64,000 bases of DNA from a bacterium (GTDB taxonomy: Bacteria; SAR324; XYD2-FULL-50-16): contig JAVVEA010000001.1 in NCBI GenBank assembly GCA_032250835.1, positions 288,001 to 352,000 of the forward strand. The letters are read 5' to 3'. The notes beneath the pieces were generated by a model. That model did not search any database. It was not told where the DNA came from and worked only from the letters and a program-made list of their open reading frames with translations. Positions 26,186 through 36,014 of this stretch are shown in pieces (within the stretch, counting starts at the first letter, position 1; every line of letters starts with the position of its first letter). Position numbers and translations under genes: made by a program.

Positions 26186-27659
26186 ACCTGCGATTGAGGC
26201 CGTAAACCCCCGCCACCAAAAGGCCCAACACCGCCAGTCGAGCCCCAGCGCTCCAGCCCAAATCCAAAGAAAATAGGAAATATTGGTTTAATTGGTCATT
26301 AAGAACCAACGACTGATGCCAGCCCTTTGAAACCAGATTGGCCCAGCCGTAGAGCCAAGCCTCCCCCCATAGCCCTCCAAAGGGAGCCCCCAAAAGGCTC
26401 CAGCCCAAAGCCAACAGGTAGCTAGGCAGCACCACCCAAGCCACGGCGGAGATATGCACCAAATTATTCAGCGGCGAAAGCACCGAGTGCTGGTGGATGA
26501 TCCGTTCGAGCACCACTAAGTTAAAGACAAAGAGCCAAGCGCTAATCGCCAAACTGCTCCAGGCCATTAGTTTAAAGTTTTGGGCCCAACTGCGGCGGCG
26601 TCCAGGCCGCGGCAGATAGGGCGCAATCAGCAAGATCCCAGCGACCGACAAAAAGGACAGCTGAAAACTCAACTGAGCGATAGCCCAGGGTTCGCTAAGC
26701 AAAATCATCTGCCCCACACCACCTAAAATCAACCACAGCGGTTGGCGGTGGTAAAAATGTTTGAGCAGCGCCCACCAAGCCACCATCATCCAGGCCCGCT
26801 CGGCGGACACCGGCAGGCCGATCATCAGCAAATAGGCCCAAACTAGACCTAGGCTTAAGCCATCGGCCCAAGCCAACACTCGGCCATCCTCAACCCAGTG
26901 GTGGGGCAAAGAGAGCAGGAACCGGCAGATAAAGTTAACCCACAAAAAAATGATCCCCGTGTGCATCCCGCTAATGGCCAGGAGATGGGCAATGCCCAAC
27001 TCGCGGAAGATCCGTTTTTGGTCCCGGCCCAGGCTGCTTCGGTCAGCCGTCGCCAGGGCTTTTAGGTAGCTATAGGCCGAGGGGCTCAGGTAATACCGCG
27101 CTTTGGCTTGCAGGTACAACAACAACCATGAGCGGTTCTCAATCGCCGCTTGGCGGCTTAGGTTACTGGCTTTAGGTGAAGTCTGCGAATCCAGATAGCC
27201 ACCCCAATATCCCGCTGGGTCAAACTTATCTAAGCGGATTTCAAGGCGGTCTCCCTCTAAAAACCAGCCCCCCAACCGCTCCTCTTGAGGCCAAGTGATC
27301 CGGGCCCAGGCGAGCTGGTGGCGGTGCCCATCGCAGTCGATTTGGGGCCGCAAGAAGTCGAGGTGCCCGGCGCCTGGTAAAGGCCGCTCTTTAGCATAGC
27401 CACTAAGCGTGACCGGGCCCAGACACTGAGGCGCAGCAGAATCGAGCAACCAAGAGGCATTAGAAAAGACCAGCCAGCCCAGGCAGAGCGAACCAAAGAA
27501 ACGCCAGCTCGGCCTAAAGAGGGCCAGGAGGCAAAGCAAGAATTGCAGAGACAACAACAGCAACCAGAACCAAGGGGTCGCCAGCAAATAGAGCCCCTGG
27601 ACCAAAAAAAGGGCTCCCAAAAAAAACAAGGGGCTGCGCCCGAAGCTCACGGAACCCAA
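26166..27659 (-). CDS. comEC: ComEC/Rec2 family competence membrane protein (no C-terminal metallo-beta-lactamase domain)
   Basis: GIAHLLAISGMH, SAERA, SFQLSFLSV competence-domain motifs. Confidence 0.8.
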   Translation of the reverse strand: MGSVSFGRSPLFFLGALFLVQGLYLLATPWFWLLLLSLQFLLCLLALFRPSWRFFGSLCLGWLVFSNASWLLDSAAPQCLGPVTLSGYAKERPLPGAGHLDFLRPQIDCDGHRHQLAWARITWPQEERLGGWFLEGDRLEIRLDKFDPAGYWGGYLDSQTSPKASNLSRQAAIENRSWLLLYLQAKARYYLSPSAYSYLKALATADRSSLGRDQKRIFRELGIAHLLAISGMHTGIIFLWVNFICRFLLSLPHHWVEDGRVLAWADGLSLGLVWAYLLMIGLPVSAERAWMMVAWWALLKHFYHRQPLWLILGGVGQMILLSEPWAIAQLSFQLSFLSVAGILLIAPYLPRPGRRRSWAQNFKLMAWSSLAISAWLFVFNLVVLERIIHQHSVLSPLNNLVHISAVAWVVLPSYLLALGWSLLGAPFGGLWGEAWLYGWANLVSKGWHQSLVLNDQLNQYFLFSLDLGWSAGARLAVLGLLVAGVYGLNRRFTRRNA

Positions 27660-29026
27660 TGGAGACTTAAGGACCTAGGTCCAGCTAAATGACCTCGACA
27701 AATCCAGAAGGCCAAGTCTTCAAGGTGGCGCATGGCTTCGCGCCCAGCATATTTAAGGGCCAAGTCGCGGTTGCTCATTTCGATCAGGATGTTTTCTAAT
27801 TCTTGGTGGTCAAATCCCCGGGCTTGGCCGATCATCTGCTTTAAGATCCAAGGATTGATTTTGAGGCGCTCGGCAATGGCTTTTTCATGTAGGTCCGCGT
27901 CGAGCAGCCAACGAACCTTAAGCAAGCGCCGAAATTGGCTGGCGATCAACCCAAAGAGGGGCACCGCCTCGGCGTGGCTTTCGCTCAACAAAGATTCGAT
28001 GGATTCCACGGCGTTTTTCAGGTCCCGTTGGGCCAAAAACTGGCCCACCAAAAAGATGCTGAATCGTTTTGAATGGCCTACCTTTTCAATCAAATCTTGC
28101 GGCGTAGGCCGGGCATCCCGGCCCAAAGCCAGGACCAACTTTTCTAATTCATGGTCCAAATTGGTCAACTCGGCACCGGCAATCTCGATCAACAACTCAG
28201 CGGTACCGGCGTCTAACTGCAACCCCTTGTCTCTAGCGCGCCCCACCACCCAGCCGACGGGCTTGAAGTCGTCATAAGAAACGGTCAATTTCTTGACCTT
28301 GCCGCTGGTTTTGATGGCTTTTAGTAAAGCCTTCGGCAGTTCGTCTTCCTTTTTGATGTGAGCACTCAACAGAAAATCCACCCCCTCGGGCGGGTCTTCC
28401 AAATAGGCCAAAAGCACCTTCACAAAGCCCTGGCTATCCCCTAGCTCCTCACAAACCAGCGATTCAGGGGCCTCAAACACCACCTTCGACTTAAGCCGCT
28501 GGGAGAGAAATTCTTCGACCGCTATGGGTTCAGCGCTGTCGCCTTGGGCTAGCCAGATATTTTTGCCCTTAAAGCCCGGTGAAAGCTCCAAGTAAAACTT
28601 ACCGGATTCGATGGGGAAGATCGAATCTAGCAGTTGCTTGGCCGTCATGTGATGGTGCCCTTGGGGGCGCTCGGCCAGGCTGGCTCCTTCAAACCACCCC
28701 TGTCCCTCTTTTAAAGGCATTTTAAAGAGGTGGATGGCCGCCAGTTCTTGGTCGATTTTTTCTAGGGGGGAGCGCCTTTTAGGTAGCTTTTCGAGATGCT
28801 TGATCCAAACCATCTTCTTGACGCTAAAGAAACTGACCGTTTCTACGGCGTTGCGGAAGTCTTGGATGCGGTTGGTCAGACTGCGTTGGTCGGCTTTGAT
28901 GAAGTCGCTACAGTCGTAGCGGAAGAGGCCCTCCTCACGCTCGCTTTCGGCCAAAGCCGAAGCGACCGCCTTGAGCCCCTCTTCTTCCAATTCTAAGTCC
29001 TGATTGCCGAACAGTAGCGTGATCAC
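27647..29026 (-). CDS. holA: DNA polymerase III delta subunit with internal insertion
   Basis: LLFGN N-terminus, SFFS.KKMV, LLAYLEDPP, ELEKL, C-terminal D.ALK; 459 aa versus ~340 typical. Confidence 0.85.
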   Translation of the reverse strand: MITLLFGNQDLELEEEGLKAVASALAESEREEGLFRYDCSDFIKADQRSLTNRIQDFRNAVETVSFFSVKKMVWIKHLEKLPKRRSPLEKIDQELAAIHLFKMPLKEGQGWFEGASLAERPQGHHHMTAKQLLDSIFPIESGKFYLELSPGFKGKNIWLAQGDSAEPIAVEEFLSQRLKSKVVFEAPESLVCEELGDSQGFVKVLLAYLEDPPEGVDFLLSAHIKKEDELPKALLKAIKTSGKVKKLTVSYDDFKPVGWVVGRARDKGLQLDAGTAELLIEIAGAELTNLDHELEKLVLALGRDARPTPQDLIEKVGHSKRFSIFLVGQFLAQRDLKNAVESIESLLSESHAEAVPLFGLIASQFRRLLKVRWLLDADLHEKAIAERLKINPWILKQMIGQARGFDHQELENILIEMSNRDLALKYAGREAMRHLEDLAFWICRGHLAGPRSLSLHWVP

Positions 29027-29145
29027 AAGGGTCTTTCGGTTTAAGCTTTGAGTGGACAGCCCGGCAGCATTGATTTAACCTAGGCCCCAAGAAATCTAAC
29101 CAATTTAAGGTAGATTGACCAGAGACAAAACCCAAGGAGCCCCCG

Positions 29146-29466
29146 GTGAAGGACAGCGAATTCGTCCAACGAACCCAAAAGATTTACGACCGCGTTTTTG
29201 ACGCCTTTGACGAGATCGACCCCGATCTAGCCGAAGCCGACGAATCCAGCGACAATGTGCGGATCACCTTCGCCAATGGCGTGGTCTTTGTGCTCAACCG
29301 ACAGCGCCCGCTGCATCAGGTCTGGTTAGCAACCAAAAAAAATGGCTACCATTTCAATTTAGATGAAGGTCAAGACGCCTGGATTTGCGACAAGACGGGC
29401 AAAGAACTCTTTAGCCTGCTCGCCGAGGAAATCTCAGGGCAACTCGGCAAACCCTTTAAAGTTTAA
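29146..29466 (+). CDS. cyaY: Iron donor protein CyaY (frataxin)
   Basis: MKDSEF, LNRQRPLHQVWLA, GYHF, W.C..TG.EL; AAGGAG RBS. Confidence 0.9.
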   Translation: MKDSEFVQRTQKIYDRVFDAFDEIDPDLAEADESSDNVRITFANGVVFVLNRQRPLHQVWLATKKNGYHFNLDEGQDAWICDKTGKELFSLLAEEISGQLGKPFKV

Positions 29467-29471
29467 TCCTC

Positions 29472-31337
29472 ATGGCCTTAGGGGGTAGCGGGCAAAGCCG
29501 CTTTGGCGGTATTGGTGAATCCCTGCTCGAAGCGCGCTTCGACCCCAGGGAAAAGGACCTCTTTGCCGAAAAATTGGCCGATGCAGACGCGCACGCAGTA
29601 CCTAAGTCTTACCCCATCCCCGTCCGGTTTGAGGCCAAGCTGGACCCCAAGGCCGAACAGGCAATCCGCAAGGTTACCTTGGCCTGCTTTGAGCAAGCCA
29701 GCGCCGTGGGCTTAGACCTCAAGCACCTACACCCGACCGTCGAGTTTTACGGCCCCCGCGAATGGGAGAAAAAAACCGGCGAATCCGCCTTGGAGCTAGA
29801 GTTACCCGCCGCTAAGTTGGATCAGTCCGGACGGTTCCCGGTGATCCAATTGATCCTACCCGAACGCATCCAAACCACTGAAGTGGTGGTGAAGACCGTT
29901 CGGTTGATGCTCTCCAAGCTCTTCGGCCACCTATTTTTTGGCGAAGCCGTCGCCGCCCGTGCGCCCTTCAGCTTGATACAAGACGATCTAGAGGAAATTA
30001 GCTTTGACTTTAAGGAAAAAGCCATCTTCCTGCGCTTTTTAGAAATCGCCCCGGCTCCCTTGGTGGCCGCCTTTGATCAAGAAGCCTTAAAGCAACAAAT
30101 CCGGGGGCCCAAGGCCCGTGAAATCGGCCGAAAAGAACTCTTTAAGGCCCTACTCAAAGACCCCGCTTCCAGGCCCCAAGTAGCCCAGTTGGTGCAAGCA
30201 CAATTTGAGCAACTGATCCGCGAATTGAAGGCCGATCCTACGACCACCTTCCTTCGCCTAAGCGGGCAAATGGACGCCGCCCTACCCAAAGGCGGGTTGA
30301 TCTTGCCCCACGAGAAACGTCACTTCGATTTTTTCAAACAGTCCCATCAGTGGAATCTTTTCCACGCCCTAGAAGACCGGTTGCAGTTGGTTTTGGGTTA
30401 TCTGGGGGAATTGAAGGAGTGTTACGACTGGACCCAAAAACTGATCGACCACCCCAATGAGCTGGACCCAGACCTTCTGCGGGCTTGGCGCAAGAGCTTA
30501 AAAGAGCGCAACCACCAGCTAAAGAAACGGGGTTTGGTTAAGCTTTATTTGATCGATGGGGCCCACCTAAACCGGCGACAACGTGGCGATCTGGTCCGGT
30601 TCCCGCTTTGGCTTTGGCAGCGGGGGTTGCTCGACCACCTCCCAACCGGGACCAGCCCAGAGAAGATGGTCGCCCGCCTAAAAGAACAATACCGCCACAG
30701 CCTCTATGCCAAGCTTTATGAAGCCGGCTTTCGCCTGTTGCAAGGTTTAGACAAAGTAGAGCAGACCGGCTCCACCTTGCATCTACGCGAACAGCCCCGC
30801 CTAAAGGCGCTCAGGTCTAGTTTAGGGTTGATCGAAGAGATCATTGAAGACCTGCTCAATACGGCGCGGATTGCGTCCAGGCTCGCCGGGGTAGCACGCC
30901 AAAAGCCGCAAAACAAAAAGTTGATTTTAAAGAACTATAGCGAAGGCTGGGCCTATTTTATATCCTTTGCTTTAGTACATCGTTTTTACCTGACCAATTC
31001 CAAAGAAGGCGAGCGAGCCGCCCAATTCCTTGGCTTGATCTCCGACTATACCAAAAGCCGGCTAGACCAAGAAGCGAGCTACCGAATCGCGGCGTTGCTC
31101 TTGGAGGTATACCGAAAAAAACATTTTGATCTGCGCCCGGTGATTGAGCTATTGACCAAAGACCATAAGATGCTCGACTTCTTCGCCACCAATCAATCCG
31201 AGTTGTTTTCCAAAAAGAAGGAAGAACCCAAAGATTTCATCGAAACCTACAGCGGCTTGGTGGACCAGTGGCAAAATGACCGTTTTGATAATTCCATCCA
31301 GCCCAACGAATTGGGCGGTTTTTCGGTCAAAGGTTAG
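29472..31337 (+). CDS. Hypothetical 621-aa, predominantly helical protein
   Basis: Long ORF tightly packed between cyaY and the flippase-like gene; no motif recognised. Confidence 0.75.
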   Translation: MALGGSGQSRFGGIGESLLEARFDPREKDLFAEKLADADAHAVPKSYPIPVRFEAKLDPKAEQAIRKVTLACFEQASAVGLDLKHLHPTVEFYGPREWEKKTGESALELELPAAKLDQSGRFPVIQLILPERIQTTEVVVKTVRLMLSKLFGHLFFGEAVAARAPFSLIQDDLEEISFDFKEKAIFLRFLEIAPAPLVAAFDQEALKQQIRGPKAREIGRKELFKALLKDPASRPQVAQLVQAQFEQLIRELKADPTTTFLRLSGQMDAALPKGGLILPHEKRHFDFFKQSHQWNLFHALEDRLQLVLGYLGELKECYDWTQKLIDHPNELDPDLLRAWRKSLKERNHQLKKRGLVKLYLIDGAHLNRRQRGDLVRFPLWLWQRGLLDHLPTGTSPEKMVARLKEQYRHSLYAKLYEAGFRLLQGLDKVEQTGSTLHLREQPRLKALRSSLGLIEEIIEDLLNTARIASRLAGVARQKPQNKKLILKNYSEGWAYFISFALVHRFYLTNSKEGERAAQFLGLISDYTKSRLDQEASYRIAALLLEVYRKKHFDLRPVIELLTKDHKMLDFFATNQSELFSKKKEEPKDFIETYSGLVDQWQNDRFDNSIQPNELGGFSVKG

Positions 31338-31343
31338 CCAACG

Positions 31344-32333
31344 ATGCCCCTACTTCTTAAAAAGGCCATTCCCTGGGCTTTAAAGATAGGTTTAACCTTA
31401 TCCATCTTATGGTGGTTGATCACTCAAGACAAACTCAACCTAGAGCTTTTACAGCTCTTTTGGAGTGATCCCCTATTTTTGATCCTCTTAGCGGTCCAAA
31501 TGGCCATTTTTATTCCGCTCAATACCCTGCGCTGGCGTTTCTTTTTGAAGCCCCTCGGGTTAGAACAAAATTTTTGGCGGCTGCAACGGGTCACCTGGGT
31601 GGGTTTCTTTTTTAATACCGTCTTACCCGGCGCGGTCACCGGTGATCTGGTCAAAGCTATGTATGTGATCCAGCCCGGTGTAGCAGGACAAAAGACCTGT
31701 GCAGCGACCAGCTTAGTCTTAGACCGCTTTACCGGACTCTTTGGGTTGATTATCATGGCCGCCGGGGCTTTAACGCTGCATCCAAGTTGGTTGACCCAGG
31801 GCAGCAATATGTCCGGGCTCGCCTGGAGTGTTTTAGTGCTCTTTGGGGGTACCTTGCTGTTTTACGGTTTGGTGCTTTGGCGCTTTGAGGAGGGCCGCGA
31901 CCCAGTTTTACGCCTCTTCTCCAAACTACCCTTAGGTGAGCGTCTGGCAAGAATCTACAGCACCTTTAAGTCCTATGAGAACCATCCGGGCATTTTGGCC
32001 GGAACTTTGGGGCTAACCGTAGCAATCCATAGCTTGATTGCCGGATATTTTTATTTGGTGGCGCATGCCCTAGGGCTTCAAGGAGCCAGCTTTTTTGACC
32101 AAATCCTGATCATGCCCCTAGGACTGATCACCACCGCCCTACCGATCTCCCCCGGAGGCTTGGGGCTGGGCCATGCCGCCTTTGACCAACTTTATCAACT
32201 TTTCGGTATGAGCGGCGGTGCCGATGTGTTTAACTTTTATCTGGTCATCCAGCTTTTGGGCTTTGCCCCAGGCGGCCTGATTTATTTACTATTAACCAGA
32301 AAGCAGCCTTTGGAGACAAAAGATGTCCTTTGA
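31344..32333 (+). CDS. Lysylphosphatidylglycerol synthase TM / UPF0104 flippase-like membrane protein
   Basis: LRWR, FFNTVLPGAVTGDLVK, DRFTGL, LPISPGGLG. Confidence 0.85.
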   Translation: MPLLLKKAIPWALKIGLTLSILWWLITQDKLNLELLQLFWSDPLFLILLAVQMAIFIPLNTLRWRFFLKPLGLEQNFWRLQRVTWVGFFFNTVLPGAVTGDLVKAMYVIQPGVAGQKTCAATSLVLDRFTGLFGLIIMAAGALTLHPSWLTQGSNMSGLAWSVLVLFGGTLLFYGLVLWRFEEGRDPVLRLFSKLPLGERLARIYSTFKSYENHPGILAGTLGLTVAIHSLIAGYFYLVAHALGLQGASFFDQILIMPLGLITTALPISPGGLGLGHAAFDQLYQLFGMSGGADVFNFYLVIQLLGFAPGGLIYLLLTRKQPLETKDVL

Positions 32334-33609
32334 ACCCAAACTTTCGGTAACCGGCCTCGGGTACGGCGGTTTGCCCTTGGCCATGGTCTTTTCCAAAGCC
32401 TGGCCCCTTTGGGGTTTTGATACCGACCAAGCCCGCGTGTTGGCGCTACAAGACGGGCATGACTGGACCGGGCAATACGAAACGATCGACATCTTAGGGG
32501 CCCGGATTCACTTTACCTTTGACCCCAAACAACTACGCAGCTGCAACTTCCACCTAATCGCCGTACCGACGCAACTCAACGAGGCCGACCAACCGGACTT
32601 AGGCCCCTTGATGCGGGCCTGCCGCACCGTTGGGAGTTTCTTGACCCGCGGCGATATTGTGGTCTTCATCAGTACCGTCAGCCCCGGCACGACCGAAGAA
32701 ATTTGTTTGCCTGAGCTAGAAGAGGCCTCAGGTTTGATCGGGGGGGTCGATTTTAAGTTAGGCTATAGCCCCAACCGAATCGATCCGGGACAGCGGCAGA
32801 ACACGCTGCTGCACACCCCTAGGCTGATTGCCGCCGAAGATGAGGACACCTTGGATATTATCGAAGAGGTCTTCTCTAGAGCCATCAAAGCCCCTCTGCA
32901 CCGAACCGGAACCATTGCCGTCGCCGAAGCGGCCAAAGTCTTGGAAGTCACCCAACTAGACCTCAACCACGCGTTGATGAACGAAATGGCCATCATCTTG
33001 GACCGGATGGATATTTCGGGCCATGAGGTAATCGCCGCCGCCAGCAGCAATCCGGCCTTTAAGAGTTACCTTCCGGGACTGAATTCTGGACGCTACAATG
33101 CCGCCGCGCCTTATTATCTAGCCCAGCGTTCGCTGGCTTTGGGCTATACGCCTCAGGTGATCCAAGCGGGGCGACAAGTCAACGACCACATGAGCCGCTT
33201 TGTCGCCGCTAAGTGTATTAAAGAATTAGTCAAAGCAGGCCAGCGGGTCTTGGGCGCTAGGGTTACGCTGCTGGGCTTAACGCTGGCACCGGGTTCTTCG
33301 GATTTGCGCCACACCAAGCTGAATCGCTTGACCGAAGAGTTAGAAGACTTCGGTTTGGACCTGCAACTGCACGACCCCATCGCCGACCCCAAAGAGGTCA
33401 AAATCCGTCTCGGCAAATCTTCTTGCTCCTTTGAGCAACTAGAACCGGCCAACGCACTGATTTTGATGGTAGCGCATCAAGAGTATAAAGATATTTCGGC
33501 CGACGTTTTATTGGGCCTTTTAGAGCCTAGAGCCGCCGTTATCGACCTGACCGGAACTCTAGATCCTAAGCCGTTAATCGCCAAAGGACACCGCTGCTGG
33601 GGCCTTTAG
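32323..33609 (+). CDS. UDP-N-acetylhexosamine/nucleotide-sugar dehydrogenase homologue (TviB/WbpO-like) with degenerate active site
   Basis: Collinear with the family (GLGYGGLPLA, AVPT, STVSPGTTEE, AEAAKV, PYYL, AGRQVND), but GGHC is replaced by SGRY. Confidence 0.85.
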   Translation: MSFEPKLSVTGLGYGGLPLAMVFSKAWPLWGFDTDQARVLALQDGHDWTGQYETIDILGARIHFTFDPKQLRSCNFHLIAVPTQLNEADQPDLGPLMRACRTVGSFLTRGDIVVFISTVSPGTTEEICLPELEEASGLIGGVDFKLGYSPNRIDPGQRQNTLLHTPRLIAAEDEDTLDIIEEVFSRAIKAPLHRTGTIAVAEAAKVLEVTQLDLNHALMNEMAIILDRMDISGHEVIAAASSNPAFKSYLPGLNSGRYNAAAPYYLAQRSLALGYTPQVIQAGRQVNDHMSRFVAAKCIKELVKAGQRVLGARVTLLGLTLAPGSSDLRHTKLNRLTEELEDFGLDLQLHDPIADPKEVKIRLGKSSCSFEQLEPANALILMVAHQEYKDISADVLLGLLEPRAAVIDLTGTLDPKPLIAKGHRCWGL

Positions 33610-33612
33610 CGC

Positions 33613-33641
33613 TTTCCAAAGGTCTAGTTAGTGGATATACT
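33613..33641 (+). promoter_or_regulatory. Possible sigma70 promoter for the GT4 gene
   Basis: TTTCCA-17 nt-TATACT. Confidence 0.4.
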
Positions 33642-33668
33642 TAAGCCCGATCCAAAACTAGAGCGCCG

Positions 33669-36014
33669 ATGAATAGGGAAAATAAGTTTTTAATCAAAAG
33701 CCCGGTATACCTGGACTGCCGCCACTTCGACGGTAGTGGCATCGGTACCTACATCGGCAACCTGTTGCGCCATTACAGCCAACTGGACGAACACTACCCA
33801 ATTGAAATTTTAGCTCGCTCTGAGCATATCCCAGGCATCCAAGCCTTCTCTAAGTTCAACGTCCGCCCCTACAACGACCCCATCTATTCGGTGCGAGAGC
33901 AGTTTAAATGGGTCAGCAAGATCGACCCCTTCGGGTTGTTGCATGTTCCCCATTACAACGCCCCGCTCATTTATCCTGGTCAGTTGATCACCACCGTGCA
34001 TGACGTCTGCCACGTCGCCATGCGCCAGTTCTTTCCGGGCTTTTTAAAACGCGTTTATTCGCGGGACTTCTTGCACCTCGTCTTGCGTAAAGCGGACTTT
34101 GTGATCACTGTAAGCGAGTTTTCCAAAGCCGAAATCATCAAATATTTCAATATCCCTGAAGATAAGATTCGGGTGATATACAACGGTGTGGATCCCATTT
34201 TCCGCCCCCTAATCGGTGAAGAAGCCCAAGCCGTATTGCGGCGGCACGGCCTACCCCAAGAGTATCTGCTGTTTATCGGCAACGTAAAGCCCCACAAAAA
34301 CATCAGCGGCTTGGTCACCAGTTATAAAATGGCCTTAGCGGATCAGCCAGACCTCCCCCCCTTGGTGATCCTAGGGCAGTACAAAAACCTGCTGACCGGG
34401 ATTCCCGGCTTGGCTGAGCAGGTATCTGATCCAAGGTTACGCAACAAGATCATCTTCACCGGCTACCTGCCCACCGAAGACCTCCCGGCGATCTATTCGC
34501 AGGCGATGCTGTTCTTGTTCCCTAGTTTTTACGAGGGTTTTGGCTTGCCTACCTTAGAGGCGATGGCCTGCGGCACTCCCGTGATCACCTCCAACTGCGC
34601 CTCGATCCCCGAAGTGGTGGGGGATTCGGCCCTGTTGGTGGACCCATACAACCACGAGATGATGTCCCAGTCGATCTTGGATCTGGCCGGGGACAGCCAG
34701 CTACAATTAAGCTACCGCAAAAAAGGCCTAGAGCATGTAAAAAAATTCAACTGGGAACATTCGGCCCGCGAACACCTCGAGATTTACGCCCAAGCCCAAG
34801 CCCAAGCCAGGGCGCACAAGCTTCCGGCTAAATATCAAGACCGCCGCCCTCGCCCCGAAAATCGGGGGAATATATTGTTTTTAGATCAATACGGGGATCG
34901 GATTGGGGGCGGACAGGTGATTTTGCTGGATATTCTCGAACGCTTCCGGGCGTCTAATAACTGGGATATCCATATTTCGGTGCCTAATGAAGGCAGCTTT
35001 ACCCGAAAGTTAGAAGAAGCCGGCTTTAATTACTGGTGTGTGCCGACCTGGCAGCCCTCTCCTCACAAGGGCCTAGTTTCCGAACTGAGCCGTTACCTGT
35101 TTAGCTCCGTAAAAAGTACCTATCTTCTCAGCAAAAAGATTCGGCGTTATAACATCGACGCCATTTATTGTAACGGGGGGCGGACCTTTCTTTCAGGAAG
35201 CCTACTGTCCCTGTTGTTCCCGCTAAAGGTGTTTTGGCACCTGCACTTGATTTTGGACCGACAGCAAAAGCGCGTGGTCACCTTCTTTGGCCGTTTACCG
35301 AGCGTCAAAGTTATCTTGGCCGTTTCGAAAACCCTCGAAAGCCAATATAAAAATGACTCCATAGCTCCGAAGTTACGCACCGTAGCCAACTGGGTTTCGC
35401 CTCAGCTCTTTGCAACGCCGCGGATTCAGCGCAAGGCTCAGTTAGAACTACCCATGCGGATCGGCGTAGTGGGCCTAATCTGCCGGGCCAAGGGCCAGTG
35501 GACAATCTTAGAGGCGCTCAACGCCTGCCCGGAGATTTTACCGATCCAATTAAAGATTTACGGCGAACCCTTAGTCACCGAAGCCAAGGACTGGAACGAC
35601 TTTGAGGGCCAAATGGGGCAGCTCAAACAAAAGGGTTGGGACGTTGGCTACGCGGGCTTTGAAAACAACACCTTAAAGATCTACGATAACCTAGACATCT
35701 TGGTGGTGCCCAGTATCGTGCCCGAAGCCTTTGGCTTAACGGCTATCGAAGCTATGGCGCGTGAAGTTTTAGTGATTTCAAATCGTTCCGGTGCGCTCAG
35801 CGAAATCATCCAGCACCGCTCGAACGGATTTTTATATCAAGCAGACCGATACTCGGAATTACCCCAACTACTTAAAGACCTAGGCACTGGAAAATACGAA
35901 ATTCCGGCCATCCGCGAAGCTGGCTTGCGGACCGTAGAAGACCTTTATCACCCTGAAGTGCAATTAAACAAATTGCATGATTTGATCCGCAACGAAGTAG
36001 AGGTGACCCCTTAG
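33669..36014 (+). CDS. Glycosyltransferase with two tandem GT4 (GT-B) domains
   Basis: Two EX7E motifs: [18 protein letters not shown] and [17 protein letters not shown]; 781 aa. Confidence 0.9.
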   Translation: MNRENKFLIKSPVYLDCRHFDGSGIGTYIGNLLRHYSQLDEHYPIEILARSEHIPGIQAFSKFNVRPYNDPIYSVREQFKWVSKIDPFGLLHVPHYNAPLIYPGQLITTVHDVCHVAMRQFFPGFLKRVYSRDFLHLVLRKADFVITVSEFSKAEIIKYFNIPEDKIRVIYNGVDPIFRPLIGEEAQAVLRRHGLPQEYLLFIGNVKPHKNISGLVTSYKMALADQPDLPPLVILGQYKNLLTGIPGLAEQVSDPRLRNKIIFTGYLPTEDLPAIYSQAMLFLFPSFYEGFGLPTLEAMACGTPVITSNCASIPEVVGDSALLVDPYNHEMMSQSILDLAGDSQLQLSYRKKGLEHVKKFNWEHSAREHLEIYAQAQAQARAHKLPAKYQDRRPRPENRGNILFLDQYGDRIGGGQVILLDILERFRASNNWDIHISVPNEGSFTRKLEEAGFNYWCVPTWQPSPHKGLVSELSRYLFSSVKSTYLLSKKIRRYNIDAIYCNGGRTFLSGSLLSLLFPLKVFWHLHLILDRQQKRVVTFFGRLPSVKVILAVSKTLESQYKNDSIAPKLRTVANWVSPQLFATPRIQRKAQLELPMRIGVVGLICRAKGQWTILEALNACPEILPIQLKIYGEPLVTEAKDWNDFEGQMGQLKQKGWDVGYAGFENNTLKIYDNLDILVVPSIVPEAFGLTAIEAMAREVLVISNRSGALSEIIQHRSNGFLYQADRYSELPQLLKDLGTGKYEIPAIREAGLRTVEDLYHPEVQLNKLHDLIRNEVEVTP

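Noticed and set aside
28427-28777. Possible intein in holA
   Set aside because: No N-terminal Cys/Ser block, no C-terminal His-Asn followed by Cys/Ser/Thr, and no LAGLIDADG motif.
32323-33609. Calling the dehydrogenase homologue a pseudogene
   Set aside because: Reading frame is full length with no stops or frameshifts and structural motifs are kept, so it is reported as a probable pseudoenzyme.
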